64,000 bases of DNA from an uncultured Candidatus Rokubacteria bacterium (lineage in GTDB: Bacteria; Methylomirabilota; Methylomirabilia; Rokubacteriales; CSP1-6), in the NCBI GenBank assembly GCA_963841755.1, contig CAWJDX010000005.1, forward strand, positions 6,830 to 70,829, read 5' to 3'. A program made the translations under genes and the position numbers. Position 1 is the stretch's first letter, and every line of letters starts with the position of its first letter. Shown one piece after another: positions 41,564-52,626 of this stretch. The notes under the pieces were generated by a model. The model worked only from the letters and a program-made list of their open reading frames with translations. It did not search any database and had not been told where the DNA came from.

Positions 41564-43411
41564 GTGCCCTCTCCGCTCCTGACCCGCCTCGGCGAGCGCC
41601 CGCTCCTCTGCGACGGCGCCATGGGCACCATGCTCTACGCCCGCGGGGTGCCGCTCGACGCCTGCTTCGACGTGCTGAACCTCAACGAGCCCAAGATCGT
41701 GCAGTCGATCCACGCCGAGTACATCCAGGCCGGCTCGGACCTGATCGAGACCAACACCTTCGGGGCCAACCGCTTCAAGCTGGCCGCGCACGGCCTGCAG
41801 GGCCGGGTGCGCGAGATCAACCTGCGCGGGGCCAAGCTCGCGCGGGACGTGCGCGAGAGCATGGGCCGCGACGTGCTCGTGGTGGGCTCGATCGGGCCGC
41901 TCGGCAAGTACCTGGCGCCGCTCGGCAGCATCGAGCCCGAGGAGGCGCGGCTCGCGTTCCACGAGCAGGCGGAGGGGCTGCTCGAGGGCGGGGTCGACGC
42001 GTTCGTGATCGAGACGTTCTCCGATCTCACCGAGATGGGGCTCGCGGTGGAGGCGGTGCGGGCGCTCACCGATCTGCCGATCGTGGCCGAGGTCGCCTTC
42101 ACCGACGACGGGGTGACGTTCACCGGGCGGTCCGCCGCCGAGGTGGTCCGCGCGCTCCGCGAGCTGCCGATCCAGGTGGTGGGGGCCAACTGCTCGGTCG
42201 GGTCGAGCGTGCTCTACGACATCCTCGAGCAGATGCTGCCCGAGGTCGGCGGCCTCCACCTGGTCATCCAGCCCAACGCGGGCCTGCCGAGCCGGGTCGG
42301 CGAGCGCCTCATGTATCTCTCGTCGCCCGGCTACATGGCCGACTACGCGGCGCGCATGATCGTGGCCGGCGCGCGGATGGTCGGCGGCTGCTGCGGCACG
42401 ACGCCCCAGCACGTCCGGGCCATGCGGGAGGCCCTCGATCGCCTCGCCCCCCAGCGGAGCGCGGCCCGGGTCGAGCCGGTGCGCCGGGCCCGCGTGGAGG
42501 CGGCGGAGCCCACCGGGCTCGTCACCACCGCGCCGCCCACCCTGCTCGAGCGGCGGCTCGAGGCGCGCGAGTTCGCGGTCACCGTCGAGCTGGATCCGCC
42601 GCGGGGCCACAACATCGAGAAGCTGGTGCAGGGGGCGAAGCTGCTCAAGGAGCGCGGGGTCGAGATCGTCGACATCAACGACGGCTCGCTCGGCCGCGTC
42701 CGGATGTCGGTGCTGCCGACCGCGATGTTGATCCGCGACGCGAGCGGGCTCGACATCAACATGCACTTCACGTGTCGCGACCGGAACCTGATGGGCATCC
42801 AGGCCGATCTCCTCGGCGCGCACGCGGTCGACATCCGCAACATCCTCGCGATGACCGGCGACCCGCCGCGCGCGGGCGACTACGTCAACTCCACCGCGGT
42901 CTTCGACGTGGACGCGATCGGGCTGATCCGCGTCCTCGCGGGCATGAACCGCGGCCTCGACGCCACCGGCACCTCGATCGGGGAGCCCACGTCCTTCTGC
43001 GTGGGAGTGGCCCTGAACCCCGCCGCCGCCGAGCCGGAGCGCGAGATGGAGCGCTTCCTCGCCAAGGTCGAGGCGGGCGCGCGGTGGGTGCAGACCCAGC
43101 CGGTCTACGACCTCGAGGTGCTCGAGCGGTTCTTCGCCCGCACCCGATCGCCGATCCCGCTGCTGGTGGGGATCATGCCGCTCCATTCGTCCCGGCACGC
43201 CGAGTTCCTGCACAACGAGGTGCCCGGCATCACGGTGCCGGACGGCGTGCGCGCGCGGATGAAGGAGGCGGGCGAGCGCGGGCTGCGCGCCGGGATCGAG
43301 ATGGCCCAGGGGCTGCTCCGCGACGTCCGCGCGCGGCACGCGGGCGCCTACCTGATGCCCTCCTTCGGGCGCTTCGAGGTCGTGGCCGAGGTGCTGGACG
43401 CCCTGCACTGA
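41564..43411 (+). CDS. bifunctional homocysteine S-methyltransferase / 5,10-methylenetetrahydrofolate reductase (YitJ-type architecture)
   Basis: 615-aa intact ORF. The N-terminus has LLCDGAMGT...IETNTFG...GANCS...GGCCGTTPQH. The C-terminal MTHFR fold has VELDPPRG...HFTCRDRN. Confidence 0.85.
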   Translation: MPSPLLTRLGERPLLCDGAMGTMLYARGVPLDACFDVLNLNEPKIVQSIHAEYIQAGSDLIETNTFGANRFKLAAHGLQGRVREINLRGAKLARDVRESMGRDVLVVGSIGPLGKYLAPLGSIEPEEARLAFHEQAEGLLEGGVDAFVIETFSDLTEMGLAVEAVRALTDLPIVAEVAFTDDGVTFTGRSAAEVVRALRELPIQVVGANCSVGSSVLYDILEQMLPEVGGLHLVIQPNAGLPSRVGERLMYLSSPGYMADYAARMIVAGARMVGGCCGTTPQHVRAMREALDRLAPQRSAARVEPVRRARVEAAEPTGLVTTAPPTLLERRLEAREFAVTVELDPPRGHNIEKLVQGAKLLKERGVEIVDINDGSLGRVRMSVLPTAMLIRDASGLDINMHFTCRDRNLMGIQADLLGAHAVDIRNILAMTGDPPRAGDYVNSTAVFDVDAIGLIRVLAGMNRGLDATGTSIGEPTSFCVGVALNPAAAEPEREMERFLAKVEAGARWVQTQPVYDLEVLERFFARTRSPIPLLVGIMPLHSSRHAEFLHNEVPGITVPDGVRARMKEAGERGLRAGIEMAQGLLRDVRARHAGAYLMPSFGRFEVVAEVLDALH

Positions 43412-43413
43412 CC

Positions 43414-44763
43414 ATGGCGGCCATGTACGAGCTGGGCGCCTCCGAAGCCGCCCGGCGCATCCGCGCCGGCGCGCTCTCGCCGTCCAACCTGGTCGCGGCC
43501 TGTCTCAAGCGCGATCGACGCCACCGAGCCCGCGGTCGGGGCCTGGGTGCGGCTCGACCGCGACGCGGCCGCGCGGGTGGCGGTGCAGCGCGACATCGAG
43601 GCCCGCGAGGGCCGCTACATGGGCCCGCTCCACGGCGTGCCGATCGCGCTCAAGGACATCTTCGACGCGGCGGGGGTGCCGACCACCTCCGGCGCGCCCG
43701 CGTGGGCCACGCGCACCCCCGCGCTCGACGCGACCGCGGTGGCCCGGCTGCGCGGGGCGGGGGCGGTGCCGATGGGCAAGCTCGTCACCACGCCCTTCGC
43801 GTTCCTCGACCCGAGCGCGACGCGCAACCCGTGGAATCCCGAGCACACGCCGGGCGGCTCCTCGAGCGGCCCGGCGGCGGCGGTGGCCGCGCGCATGGTG
43901 CCGCTGGCGCTCGGCTCGCAGACGGTGGGCTCGGTGCTGCGGCCCGCCGCCTACTGCGGGGTGGTCGGCTTCAAGCCGACCCACGGCCGCATCAGCGTGG
44001 CGGGCGTGCTGGCCCTCGCCGAGAGCCTCGACCACGTCGGGGTCTTCGCCCGCTGCGTCGAGGACTGCGCGCTCGCGCTGTCGCTGCTGGCCGGGCTCGA
44101 TCCGGCCGATCCGCACTCGAGCCCGCGGGCCGCCCGAGCCCTATCTGGCCGCGATCGCCGCGCCCGCGGCCGCCGCGCATCGGCGTGCTGGCCGGGCTGG
44201 TGGCGCAGGCGACGCCCGAGATGGCGAAGCACCTGGACGCCATCATGCGCGGGCTCGAGGGAGCGGGCGCGCGGCTCGTCGACGTGGACCTGCCCGACTC
44301 GTTCCCGGCGCTGCGCCGGGCGGGCGAGACGGTGCTGGCGGTCGAGGCCGCGCACGCGCACGCCGCGCTCTACGCCGCGCACGCGGCCGACTATCCACCT
44401 CGCATCAAGGAGCTGATCGAGCGGGGCCACGCGGTCTCCGCGCTGCAGTACCTGGCGGCCCAGGACGCCCGCCGCCACGCGCGCGACGACCTGGACGCGG
44501 TGGCCACGCGCCACGACGTGCTGCTCGCCCCCACCATCGGCGCCCCCGCGCCGCGGGGCCTCGCCTCCACCGGCGACCCGGGCTTCTGCGCGCCGTTCAC
44601 CTTCGCGGGACTGCCCGCGATCTCGCTGCCGACCGGCGTGGATCCGTCGGGTCTGCCGCTGGCGCTGCAGCTCATCGGCCCGGCGTGGGGCGAGGCGCGG
44701 CTGCTCGCGGCCTCCGCCTGGTGCGAGCGCGTGATCCGCTTCGACGCGGAGCCGTCGCTCTGA
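43414..44763 (+). pseudogene. amidase-signature enzyme, three frameshifts as sequenced (near 43513, 44123, 44171)
   Basis: MAAMYELGASEAARRIRAGALSP...|IDATEPAVGAWVRLD...GGSSSGPAAAVAA...GSQTVGSVLRPAA...|...PEPYLAAIAAPAA|PRIGVLAGL... to stop 44763. Each junction is a +1 shift. Confidence 0.8.
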
Positions 44764-44770
44764 GCCGCGC

Positions 44771-47700
44771 GTGAAGATCGGGCGGCTCTTTCCCGACCTG
44801 CTGGCCACCCTGGGGGGCGTGGCCTCCTCGGAGGCGGGCTTCGCGCGGACGCTGAAGCGGCTGGTGGCGCTCTCGGGGGCCCGCGCGGGCGCGCTGCGCT
44901 TCCGGCCGGGCGAGGCGCGCTCCGGTGGATCTCGTGGTGGGCGCGCGGCCCGGCTCGGCGCTCGACGGCTGGCTCCGCGCCCGTCTGGATCCGCCGCGGC
45001 GGGGGGTGCGGCTCGAGAAGCCGACCGCGATGCCGCCCGGATCGAAGGGGCGGGACCAGGTGGCGCTCGCCACCGCCCTCGGTGACCCGGCGCATCCGAT
45101 GGGCGCCCTCGTCCTTCTCGGGCCGGGCGGGGCGCGCGGCCTCACCCGGGAGACGCTGCCGCCGAGCTTTCCCCGCGAGTTCGGCCACGCCCTCGAGCAC
45201 GTCTGGCGCCTGCGGCAGCGCACCATCCGGCTCGAGGTCATCAACCAGATCACCGCGCTCACCGGGACCACGCTCTCGCTCGAGCGGGTCTACGAGAAGG
45301 TCGCGGAGGCGGTGGGGCGTCTCATCCGCTTCGACGCGCTCGGGGTGACGCTGCTCGACCGCGAGCGCGGCGAGTTCCGCGTGCTCGACGTGGCGGCCCG
45401 CACCACGCTGCCCGAGGCCTTCGACGTCGGGATCCCCATCGCGGGCACCCTGACCGCGTGGGTGGCGAGCCAGCAGGCGCCCCGCCGCATCGACGACGCC
45501 ACCATCGATCCGTCCATCCCCACCGTGAGCCGCGAGCTGCTCTCGCGGCGGGGCTTCCGATCGGTGATCCTGGCGCCGCTCCTGTCGCAGGGCCAGGCGA
45601 TCGGCACCCTCAACGTCACCCACCGGGAGCCGGGCGCCTTCACCGACGCCGACGTCGAGGTGCTCACCGACGTGGCGCGGCCGCTCGCCGCGGCCATCGA
45701 GCACTCGCGCCTGCACGCGGAGTCCACCCAGCGCGCGGAGGAGCTCGCCGCGCTCAATCGCACGAGCCAGCTCATCACCGCGCGCCTCGACCTGCCCTCG
45801 GTGCTCGAGACCATCAGCCGCTCCGTCACCGCGCTCATGGGCAGCACCGGCTGCGGCATCGGCCTGCTGAGCCCGGACCGGACCACGATCGAGCAGGCCG
45901 CCGCGCACGGCTTCCGCACGCTGGAGTGGCGGAATCTCTCGGTCCGGGTCGGCGAGGGGATCATCGGGGTCGCCGCCTCGTCCGGGCGCGCGGTGCGCTC
46001 CGACGATCTTCGCCAGGATCCGCGCTCGGCCCGCCGCGACGTCGACGAGAAGGAGGGGCTCCGCTCGCTCCTGAGCGTGCCGCTCCGGGTCGGCGGCCAG
46101 ATCATCGGGGTGATCTCGGCCTTCTCCACCGCGCCGAACGCCTTCGGCGAGCGCCACCAGACCTTGCTCGAGAGCTTCGCGGATCAGGCCGGCATCGCCA
46201 TCCAGAACGCGCGCCTCTTCGAGGAGGCCCAGCGGCGGACCCGGGAGACGCAGGCCCTGCTGCGGGCCGGGCACGCGGTGAACCAGAGCCTCGACGTGGG
46301 CGAGACGGTGCGCCTCATCCTGAACCAGGCGCGCGCGGTGCTCGAGGTGCAGTCGTGCGGGCTCTTCACGGTCGACGCGGCCAGCGGCGACCTGATCGCC
46401 ACCGCCAGCCTCGACCTGCCCGCCGAGGACCTGCCCGCGATCCGCCTGCAGGTGGGCGAGGGCATCACCGGGGCCGCGGTCAAGGAGCGGCGACCCACCC
46501 AGACCACCGATCTCTACCGCGATCCGCGGGTGCGCTACCCGCAGTCCGGCCTGCGCTCGATGCTGGCCGCCCCGCTCATCGTGGGCGACCAGGCCATCGG
46601 GGCCCTCACCGTCCTGCGCTCGGACGTGCACCACTTCACCGCCGAGGAGGAGTCGCTCGTGTCGGCCTTCGCCGACCAGGCCGCGATGGCCCTCGAGCAC
46701 GCCCGTCTCTTCAGCTCGGTCCGCACCTACTCCGAGCGGCTCGAGGCCATGGTGGAGGCGCGCACCCACGAGCTGGACGAGCAGAAGCGCTTCGTGGAGG
46801 TGGTGCTCGAGACCCTGCCGCTGGGCCTCTTCGTGCTCGACGCGGAGCTGCGCGTGATCAGCGCCAACCGCGAGGGCACCGCGCTGGTGCCGGTGGGGCC
46901 GACCGCGCGGCGCCCGTTCGCGGAGCTGATGCCGGCGGCCAAGGCGGAGGCGGTGCGCACCTTCCTGGAGGGCGTGGTGGCGGCCCGCGAGGTCCAGCAC
47001 GCGGAGCAGGAGCTGCCCGCGGGCGGCGAGACGCTCACGGTGCGCCTGACCGCGACCCCGCTGCGGGCCCCGCAGGCCACCCACGTGCTGGTGCTGGTGG
47101 AGGACATCACGCTCCAGAAGCGGCTCGAGCGGCAGATGCTGCTGACCGAGCGGCTCACCACCGCGGGGCGGCTGGCCGCCGGCGTGGCCCACGAGCTGAA
47201 CAACCCGCTCGCCACCATCGCGGGCTGCGCGGAGGCACTCCGGGAGCGGGCCCAGGACCCGCATCTTCGGGATCTGGACGCGTTCAAGGATTTCCCGGGC
47301 TATCTGACCCTGATCGAGGAGGAGGCCTACCGGTGCAAGGAGATCACCGGGAGCCTGCTCCACTTCGTGCGGGATCCGGGCAGCCGCCGGGCTCCCACCG
47401 ACCTGAACGTGCTGGTCGACAAGGTGCTGGAGCTGATCGGCCACCAGTCGCGGTACGCGCAGAGCCGGCTCGAGCGCCGGCCGGACGCGGAGCTGCCCGA
47501 CGTGGTGGCCAACGAGGGCCAGCTCCGCCAGGTCTTCCTCGGACTCGCGAGCAATGCGCTCGACGCGATGAACGGAAAGGGCACGCTGACCGTGACGACT
47601 CGACGGCGCAACGCGCGCGAGGTGGAGATCCGCTTCGAGGATGAGGGACCCGGCATTCCGGAGCACGTGCTGCCGCGGGTCTTCGACCCGTTCTTCACCA

Positions 47701-47860
47701 CCAAGCCGCCCGGGCAGGGCACCGGGCTCGGCCTCGCCATCGCCCAGGGCATCGTGGCCGACCACGAGGGACGGATCGAGGTGGACACCCGGGTGGGCGC
47801 GGGAACCACCTTCCGGGTCATCCTGCCGCTCCAACCCGCCGAGGCGGGGAAGGGAAAGCC

Positions 47861-47864
<4 letters not shown>
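44771..47864 (+). pseudogene. multi-GAF/PAS sensor histidine kinase, frameshifted near its 5' end as sequenced (near 44918)
   Basis: GTG 44771 gives VKIGRLFPDLLATLGG...RFRPGEA. It continues APVDLVVGARPG... in ORF 44925..47864. There are several GAF-like blocks, the H-box VAHELNNPLATI, and GTGLGLAIAQGIV. Confidence 0.8.
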
Positions 47865-49197
<1,333 letters not shown>

Positions 49198-49207
<10 letters not shown>

Positions 49208-49605
49208 GGGCGGGCTAACCGGGTGGTGCGCGGGGCGAAGTCCTGCGGCCGCGGCGGCCGGAACCCGAGATCGAAGGCGAGCCAGCAGAGCTTCGAGTAG
49301 GGGTAGAAGAAGATCGGGGCGACGATCATGCCCGCGATCCCCCCGTAGTAGAGCGCGTTCCACGGCGGGTTCGGATAGGTCCACAGCAGCACCGCGCCCA
49401 GGCCCAGCGCGAAGACGCCCTCCGCGAAGGCCATGTTGAAGACGATGGCGCCCAGGAAGTAGTCCTCCTCGCCGCGGTCGAGCCGCAGCGCGCACCGCGG
49501 GCACGCCGGACGGATCCCGAACCAGCCGACCGTGATCGGGCCGGCGCCGCAGTTGGGGCACCGCCGACGCAGGGCCCGCACGAACCGGAGGAGCATGCCT
49601 CCCAT
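49198..49605 (-). CDS. DUF983-like small membrane protein with N-terminal zinc-ribbon
   Basis: MGGMLLRFVRALRRRCPNCGAG...CPRCALRLDRGEEDYF followed by 2 TM helices. The rest of ORF 49198..50325 upstream is non-coding. Confidence 0.6.
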
Positions 49606-49674
49606 GTCAGACCGAAAGTATAGACCGCGCCGATAATTCGCCTTCGATAGGATTGAGGTCAGGAGGAGCTCCCT

Positions 49675-49974
49675 ATGCGCCGCCTGATCCTTTCGACGCT
49701 TGCCGTGCTCGCGCTCGCTTCCCCGGTGTCCGCCGACGGCGGGTGGGTGCTGTGGATCATGGGCGGGGACTCGCCCTGGGATTCGGTGAGCACCTTCGCG
49801 ACGCGCGAGGAGTGTGCCGTGGCCCTGCATCAGCAGGCGCAGGCACTCGAGAAGATGGGCCTGCGGGTCTCCGAAGAGCCCGGCGCGTCGTTCAACGGCG
49901 CCGACGCCGATCGAACCATGCGCGGCCAGTGCCTGGCCGAGAGCGTCGACCCGCGCACCGCCGCGGCCAAGTAA
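49675..49974 (+). CDS. small secreted hypothetical protein (99 aa)
   Basis: An AGGAGG RBS lies 7 nt upstream. The signal peptide is MRRLILSTLAVLALASPVSA. Confidence 0.6.
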   Translation: MRRLILSTLAVLALASPVSADGGWVLWIMGGDSPWDSVSTFATREECAVALHQQAQALEKMGLRVSEEPGASFNGADADRTMRGQCLAESVDPRTAAAK

Positions 49975-49976
49975 CG

Positions 49977-51017
49977 CTACTCGGTCGGCCCGTCCCGCCG
50001 GCTCGTCGCTCCTGCCCCCTTCAATAGCCAGTCGATCGCCGCGGATGGGTCCGGCGCATCGGGCGCCGCGGGCTCCCGCGCGAGCGGCGGAGCCTGACGG
50101 TGAGCGGGCGCCGCGCTCTCGGGCTGGGGCGTCGGCGCCGGCGGGCGCTGGGTCGTCCTCGCCGCTTCCTTCATCGGAGGCGCGGTCGGGAGGGCGACCG
50201 ACGGCGGGGCGGAGACGGCCTCGACCGTCTCCGGCTCTGCGGGCGGCTTCGTCGTGGAGACTATCGCGGCCGGCCCGGTGCTGGTCTTGTCGGGCCAATG
50301 GTTGTCGGGCCACTGTCGGGGCCAAGCAAAGATCAGGGCCATGGCAAGGATCCCCAGGCCTGCGATCCCGGCGCAGACTCTGAGAAGAAAGCCGGTTTCA
50401 GGGGTCAGAAAGCTCCGCCCGTGTGCCAGCACCCTGACGCCGCGTTCGCTCGTGTCCCGCACGGCGAGGATCACCGTCGTGGCTACCGTCCGGCACCGGT
50501 CCGCCAGCCCCGCGAGCAGGCCGCGCAGCAGGAGCATCGTCGATCGAGCGGTCGCCCGCATCCTCACGACCGACAACCCGTGGAGCTGTACCACTCGGTT
50601 GGCGAGCCGCGTCGTCGCGACGCCGGCGGTCTCGGGCACCTGCGCCAGGGGCCGTGCGGAGTGTCTGAGCCACGCGCTTCCGACGCGAAGGGCCGCGGTG
50701 GTCCTCGCGGACGCCAGGGCGGTCGAGGTCACGGCGGAGGTCACGGAGGTCGACAGCGCCACGCGACTCCGCGTGAGCCGGTCGGTGGCCCTCGTAGCTT
50801 CGGTGCGGGCCGCGACGATCGTCCTGGCGAGGGAGTGCGCCAGCGCACGAGACGGCGTGAGTGGCGGATGGGCGAGTAGCGACACCTGTGCCGACACCTG
50901 TTCCTGCCGGCAATTCGCGCATTCCCTCTCGTGGGCGATCAGCAGGGCCAACTCGGTCACGCCGATCCGACCGCGCGAAGCACGGGAGGACACCTCGGGA
51001 GCTCCACCGCAGTTCAT
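49977..51017 (-). CDS. zf-HC2-type anti-sigma-factor-like membrane protein with Pro-rich extracytoplasmic tail
   Basis: The start is MNCGG (CAT 51015-51017). The H-x3-C-x2-C motif is HERECANC. It has a single TM (GIAGLGILAMALIFAW) and a C-terminal P/A-rich region. Confidence 0.55.
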   Translation of the reverse strand: MNCGGAPEVSSRASRGRIGVTELALLIAHERECANCRQEQVSAQVSLLAHPPLTPSRALAHSLARTIVAARTEATRATDRLTRSRVALSTSVTSAVTSTALASARTTAALRVGSAWLRHSARPLAQVPETAGVATTRLANRVVQLHGLSVVRMRATARSTMLLLRGLLAGLADRCRTVATTVILAVRDTSERGVRVLAHGRSFLTPETGFLLRVCAGIAGLGILAMALIFAWPRQWPDNHWPDKTSTGPAAIVSTTKPPAEPETVEAVSAPPSVALPTAPPMKEAARTTQRPPAPTPQPESAAPAHRQAPPLAREPAAPDAPDPSAAIDWLLKGAGATSRRDGPTE

Positions 51018-51318
51018 CGGCGATGCTCGGGAGCGAACAGGGGAATGGCACGGACCAAGACACGCGAACCCAACCCAATCATGGTTACAGCCGAGGGCAT
51101 CGTCTGCCCTCCCTCTACCGCCGCTCAGCCCTCTCCGTCTGTCGGCGTGAGCGCGTACCTTACCACAAACCGGGCCCGTCGCTCGGCGCGCTTCGACCAA
51201 GGTCTCCGGCGCCGCCTGGTGTCACTCGATCGGGCAGAACGCCCGACCGTCGTCACGTCCGTGCGGAAGACCCGGCACAAGTGCGCGTGTATGCAGGGGT
51301 TTGACGGTCAGATTCTGC

Positions 51319-51334
51319 TGGCACGCCCGTTGAA
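51319..51334 (+). promoter_or_regulatory. weak sigma-54-like promoter candidate (TGGCAC-N5-TTGAA)
   Basis: The -24 element is perfect, but the -12 element reads GA instead of the conserved GC. It lies 48 nt upstream of ATG 51382 in a lower-GC intergenic stretch. Confidence 0.25.
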
Positions 51335-51381
51335 TCTAATCACTCGGTTCGACTCGTAGGGAACTAACAAAAGGGGGAGAC

Positions 51382-51789
51382 ATGATTCGGGTACTGACGA
51401 TCGATGGGAATCGCAGCCGCGCTCAGGAGCTCGCCATGGAGTGTCTCGAGCACGGTGTCGCCGTGCGCATGGCGGAGTCGCTGTGCGAGGGCGTGCGCTA
51501 CATGCTGGATTCGCCGGTCTCGCTGGTGCTGGCGGAGGCGGGCATGCTGCGGATGGCCGGCCCGGACCAGGCGCGTCTGTTCGACGCGGTGGCTCCCGGG
51601 GTGCCGGTGGTGCTCGCGGTGGACGCGGGCGCGCGGGTGGAGGATCGAGTGGAGCTCGAGCTGAAGGGCTTTCACGTGGTGAGTCGCCCCTTCGCGCTGC
51701 GGGATCTGCTCGCGAAGATCGAGCGGCCGGCCAAGGCCGCGCCGGCGCGCGGTGAGGCGCGGGCGCAGGTCGAGGCGCTGTGCCGATAG
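51382..51789 (+). CDS. stand-alone receiver-like (pseudo-receiver) domain protein
   Basis: GGGGGAG RBS. It has a REC-like beta-alpha pattern, but the phospho-acceptor position reads SLVLAEAGM (Glu for Asp) and the conserved Lys position reads SRPF. Confidence 0.55.
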   Translation: MIRVLTIDGNRSRAQELAMECLEHGVAVRMAESLCEGVRYMLDSPVSLVLAEAGMLRMAGPDQARLFDAVAPGVPVVLAVDAGARVEDRVELELKGFHVVSRPFALRDLLAKIERPAKAAPARGEARAQVEALCR

Positions 51790-51800
51790 GGCGCGCGATC

Positions 51801-52014
51801 ATGGGTAAGCGCTGGGTGTTCGGAGTCCTGAGCTTGGCGATCGTGGCCTGCCTCATCGGTCTGCTCGCCTTCACCGGCGAATCCGTTCACCGCGTCGGCT
51901 CCGCGGGCCGCGATCCATCGCGCCATCTCGAACACGGCACCGGAGGCGCGGCCCGCCACCGAGCCGGAGATGGGACCAACCTACCAGGGCAACGGTCTGA
52001 TGCTGACCTACTGA
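51801..52014 (+). CDS. possible small membrane-anchored protein (about 70 aa), needs one +1 correction near 51900
   Basis: MGKRWVFGVLSLAIVACLIGLLAFTG is a TM segment. The frame as sequenced runs on into the next gene without a stop, while a +1 shift gives ...EPEMGPTYQGNGLMLTY-stop at 52012-52014. Confidence 0.3.
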
Positions 52015-52157
52015 GGGCCCGCCGTGGCGGAGGCGGAGGTCCTGGTGTACACTCGGGACCGATGCGCCGCCGGCGGCGGCGCCCTCGCCTCCGATATTGG
52101 CTCTTCCGAGTATTGGGGCGCGTACGAAGCGGAAGAGTGACCGAAGGAGAAACCACG

Positions 52158-52541
52158 ATGGCTTCGAAACTGTACGTGGGGGGTCTGTCCTATTCCACGA
52201 CCAGCGAGACGCTAAGGGAATACTTCGCGCAGTGCGGTACCGTGGAGTCGGCTTCCGTGATCACGGACAAGTTCTCGGGCCAGTCCCGGGGGTTCGGGTT
52301 CGTCGAGATGGCCACCGCCGAGGAAGCGCAGCGCGCCATCTCCGAGCTGAACGGCAAGGATCTGGACGGCCGGAAGATCACCGTCAACGTCTCGAACCCG
52401 CGTACGCCGGGCTCGGGCGGCGGTCGCGGCCCCGGCGGGCCTCGCGGTGGCGGTGGGCGCGGGCCGGGTGGGCCTCGCGGGGGCGGCGGGGATCGCGGCG
52501 CCTACGGCGTGCCGCCCTCGAAGAAGCCGTTCCGCTGGTAG
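52158..52541 (+). CDS. RRM-type RNA-binding protein with Gly/Arg-rich tail
   Basis: GAAGGAGA RBS. RNP2 is KLYVGGL and RNP1 is RGFGFVEM. The C-terminus has GGGRGPGGPRGGGG repeats. Confidence 0.9.
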   Translation: MASKLYVGGLSYSTTSETLREYFAQCGTVESASVITDKFSGQSRGFGFVEMATAEEAQRAISELNGKDLDGRKITVNVSNPRTPGSGGGRGPGGPRGGGGRGPGGPRGGGGDRGAYGVPPSKKPFRW

Positions 52542-52569
52542 CGCGCCAGACTCACAGGCGAGAGATCAG

Positions 52570-52602
52570 AAAGGGCGCGGTGATCGTCACCGCGCCCTTT
52601 CT
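52570..52602. terminator. bidirectional rho-independent terminator hairpin
   Basis: GAAAGGGCGCGGTGA-tcg-TCACCGCGCCCTTTC is a perfect 15-bp stem followed by a T/C-rich tract. It lies between the convergent stops at 52541 (plus strand) and 52627 (minus strand). Confidence 0.75.
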
Positions 52603-52626
52603 CTTTCCCCGCGCTCGCCCGCGGTT

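Noticed and set aside
44391-47834. Very long antisense or out-of-frame ORFs. Examples are 44391..47834 minus (1147 aa), 55023..58013 minus (996 aa), 57764..60736 minus upstream part, 41029..44763 plus (1244 aa), 13599..16076 minus, and 3343..5103 minus.
   Set aside because: Their translations are Arg/Gly/Pro/Ala/His-rich low-complexity strings typical of stop-poor shadow frames in 70% GC DNA. They overlap genes with clear domain motifs on the other strand or in another frame.
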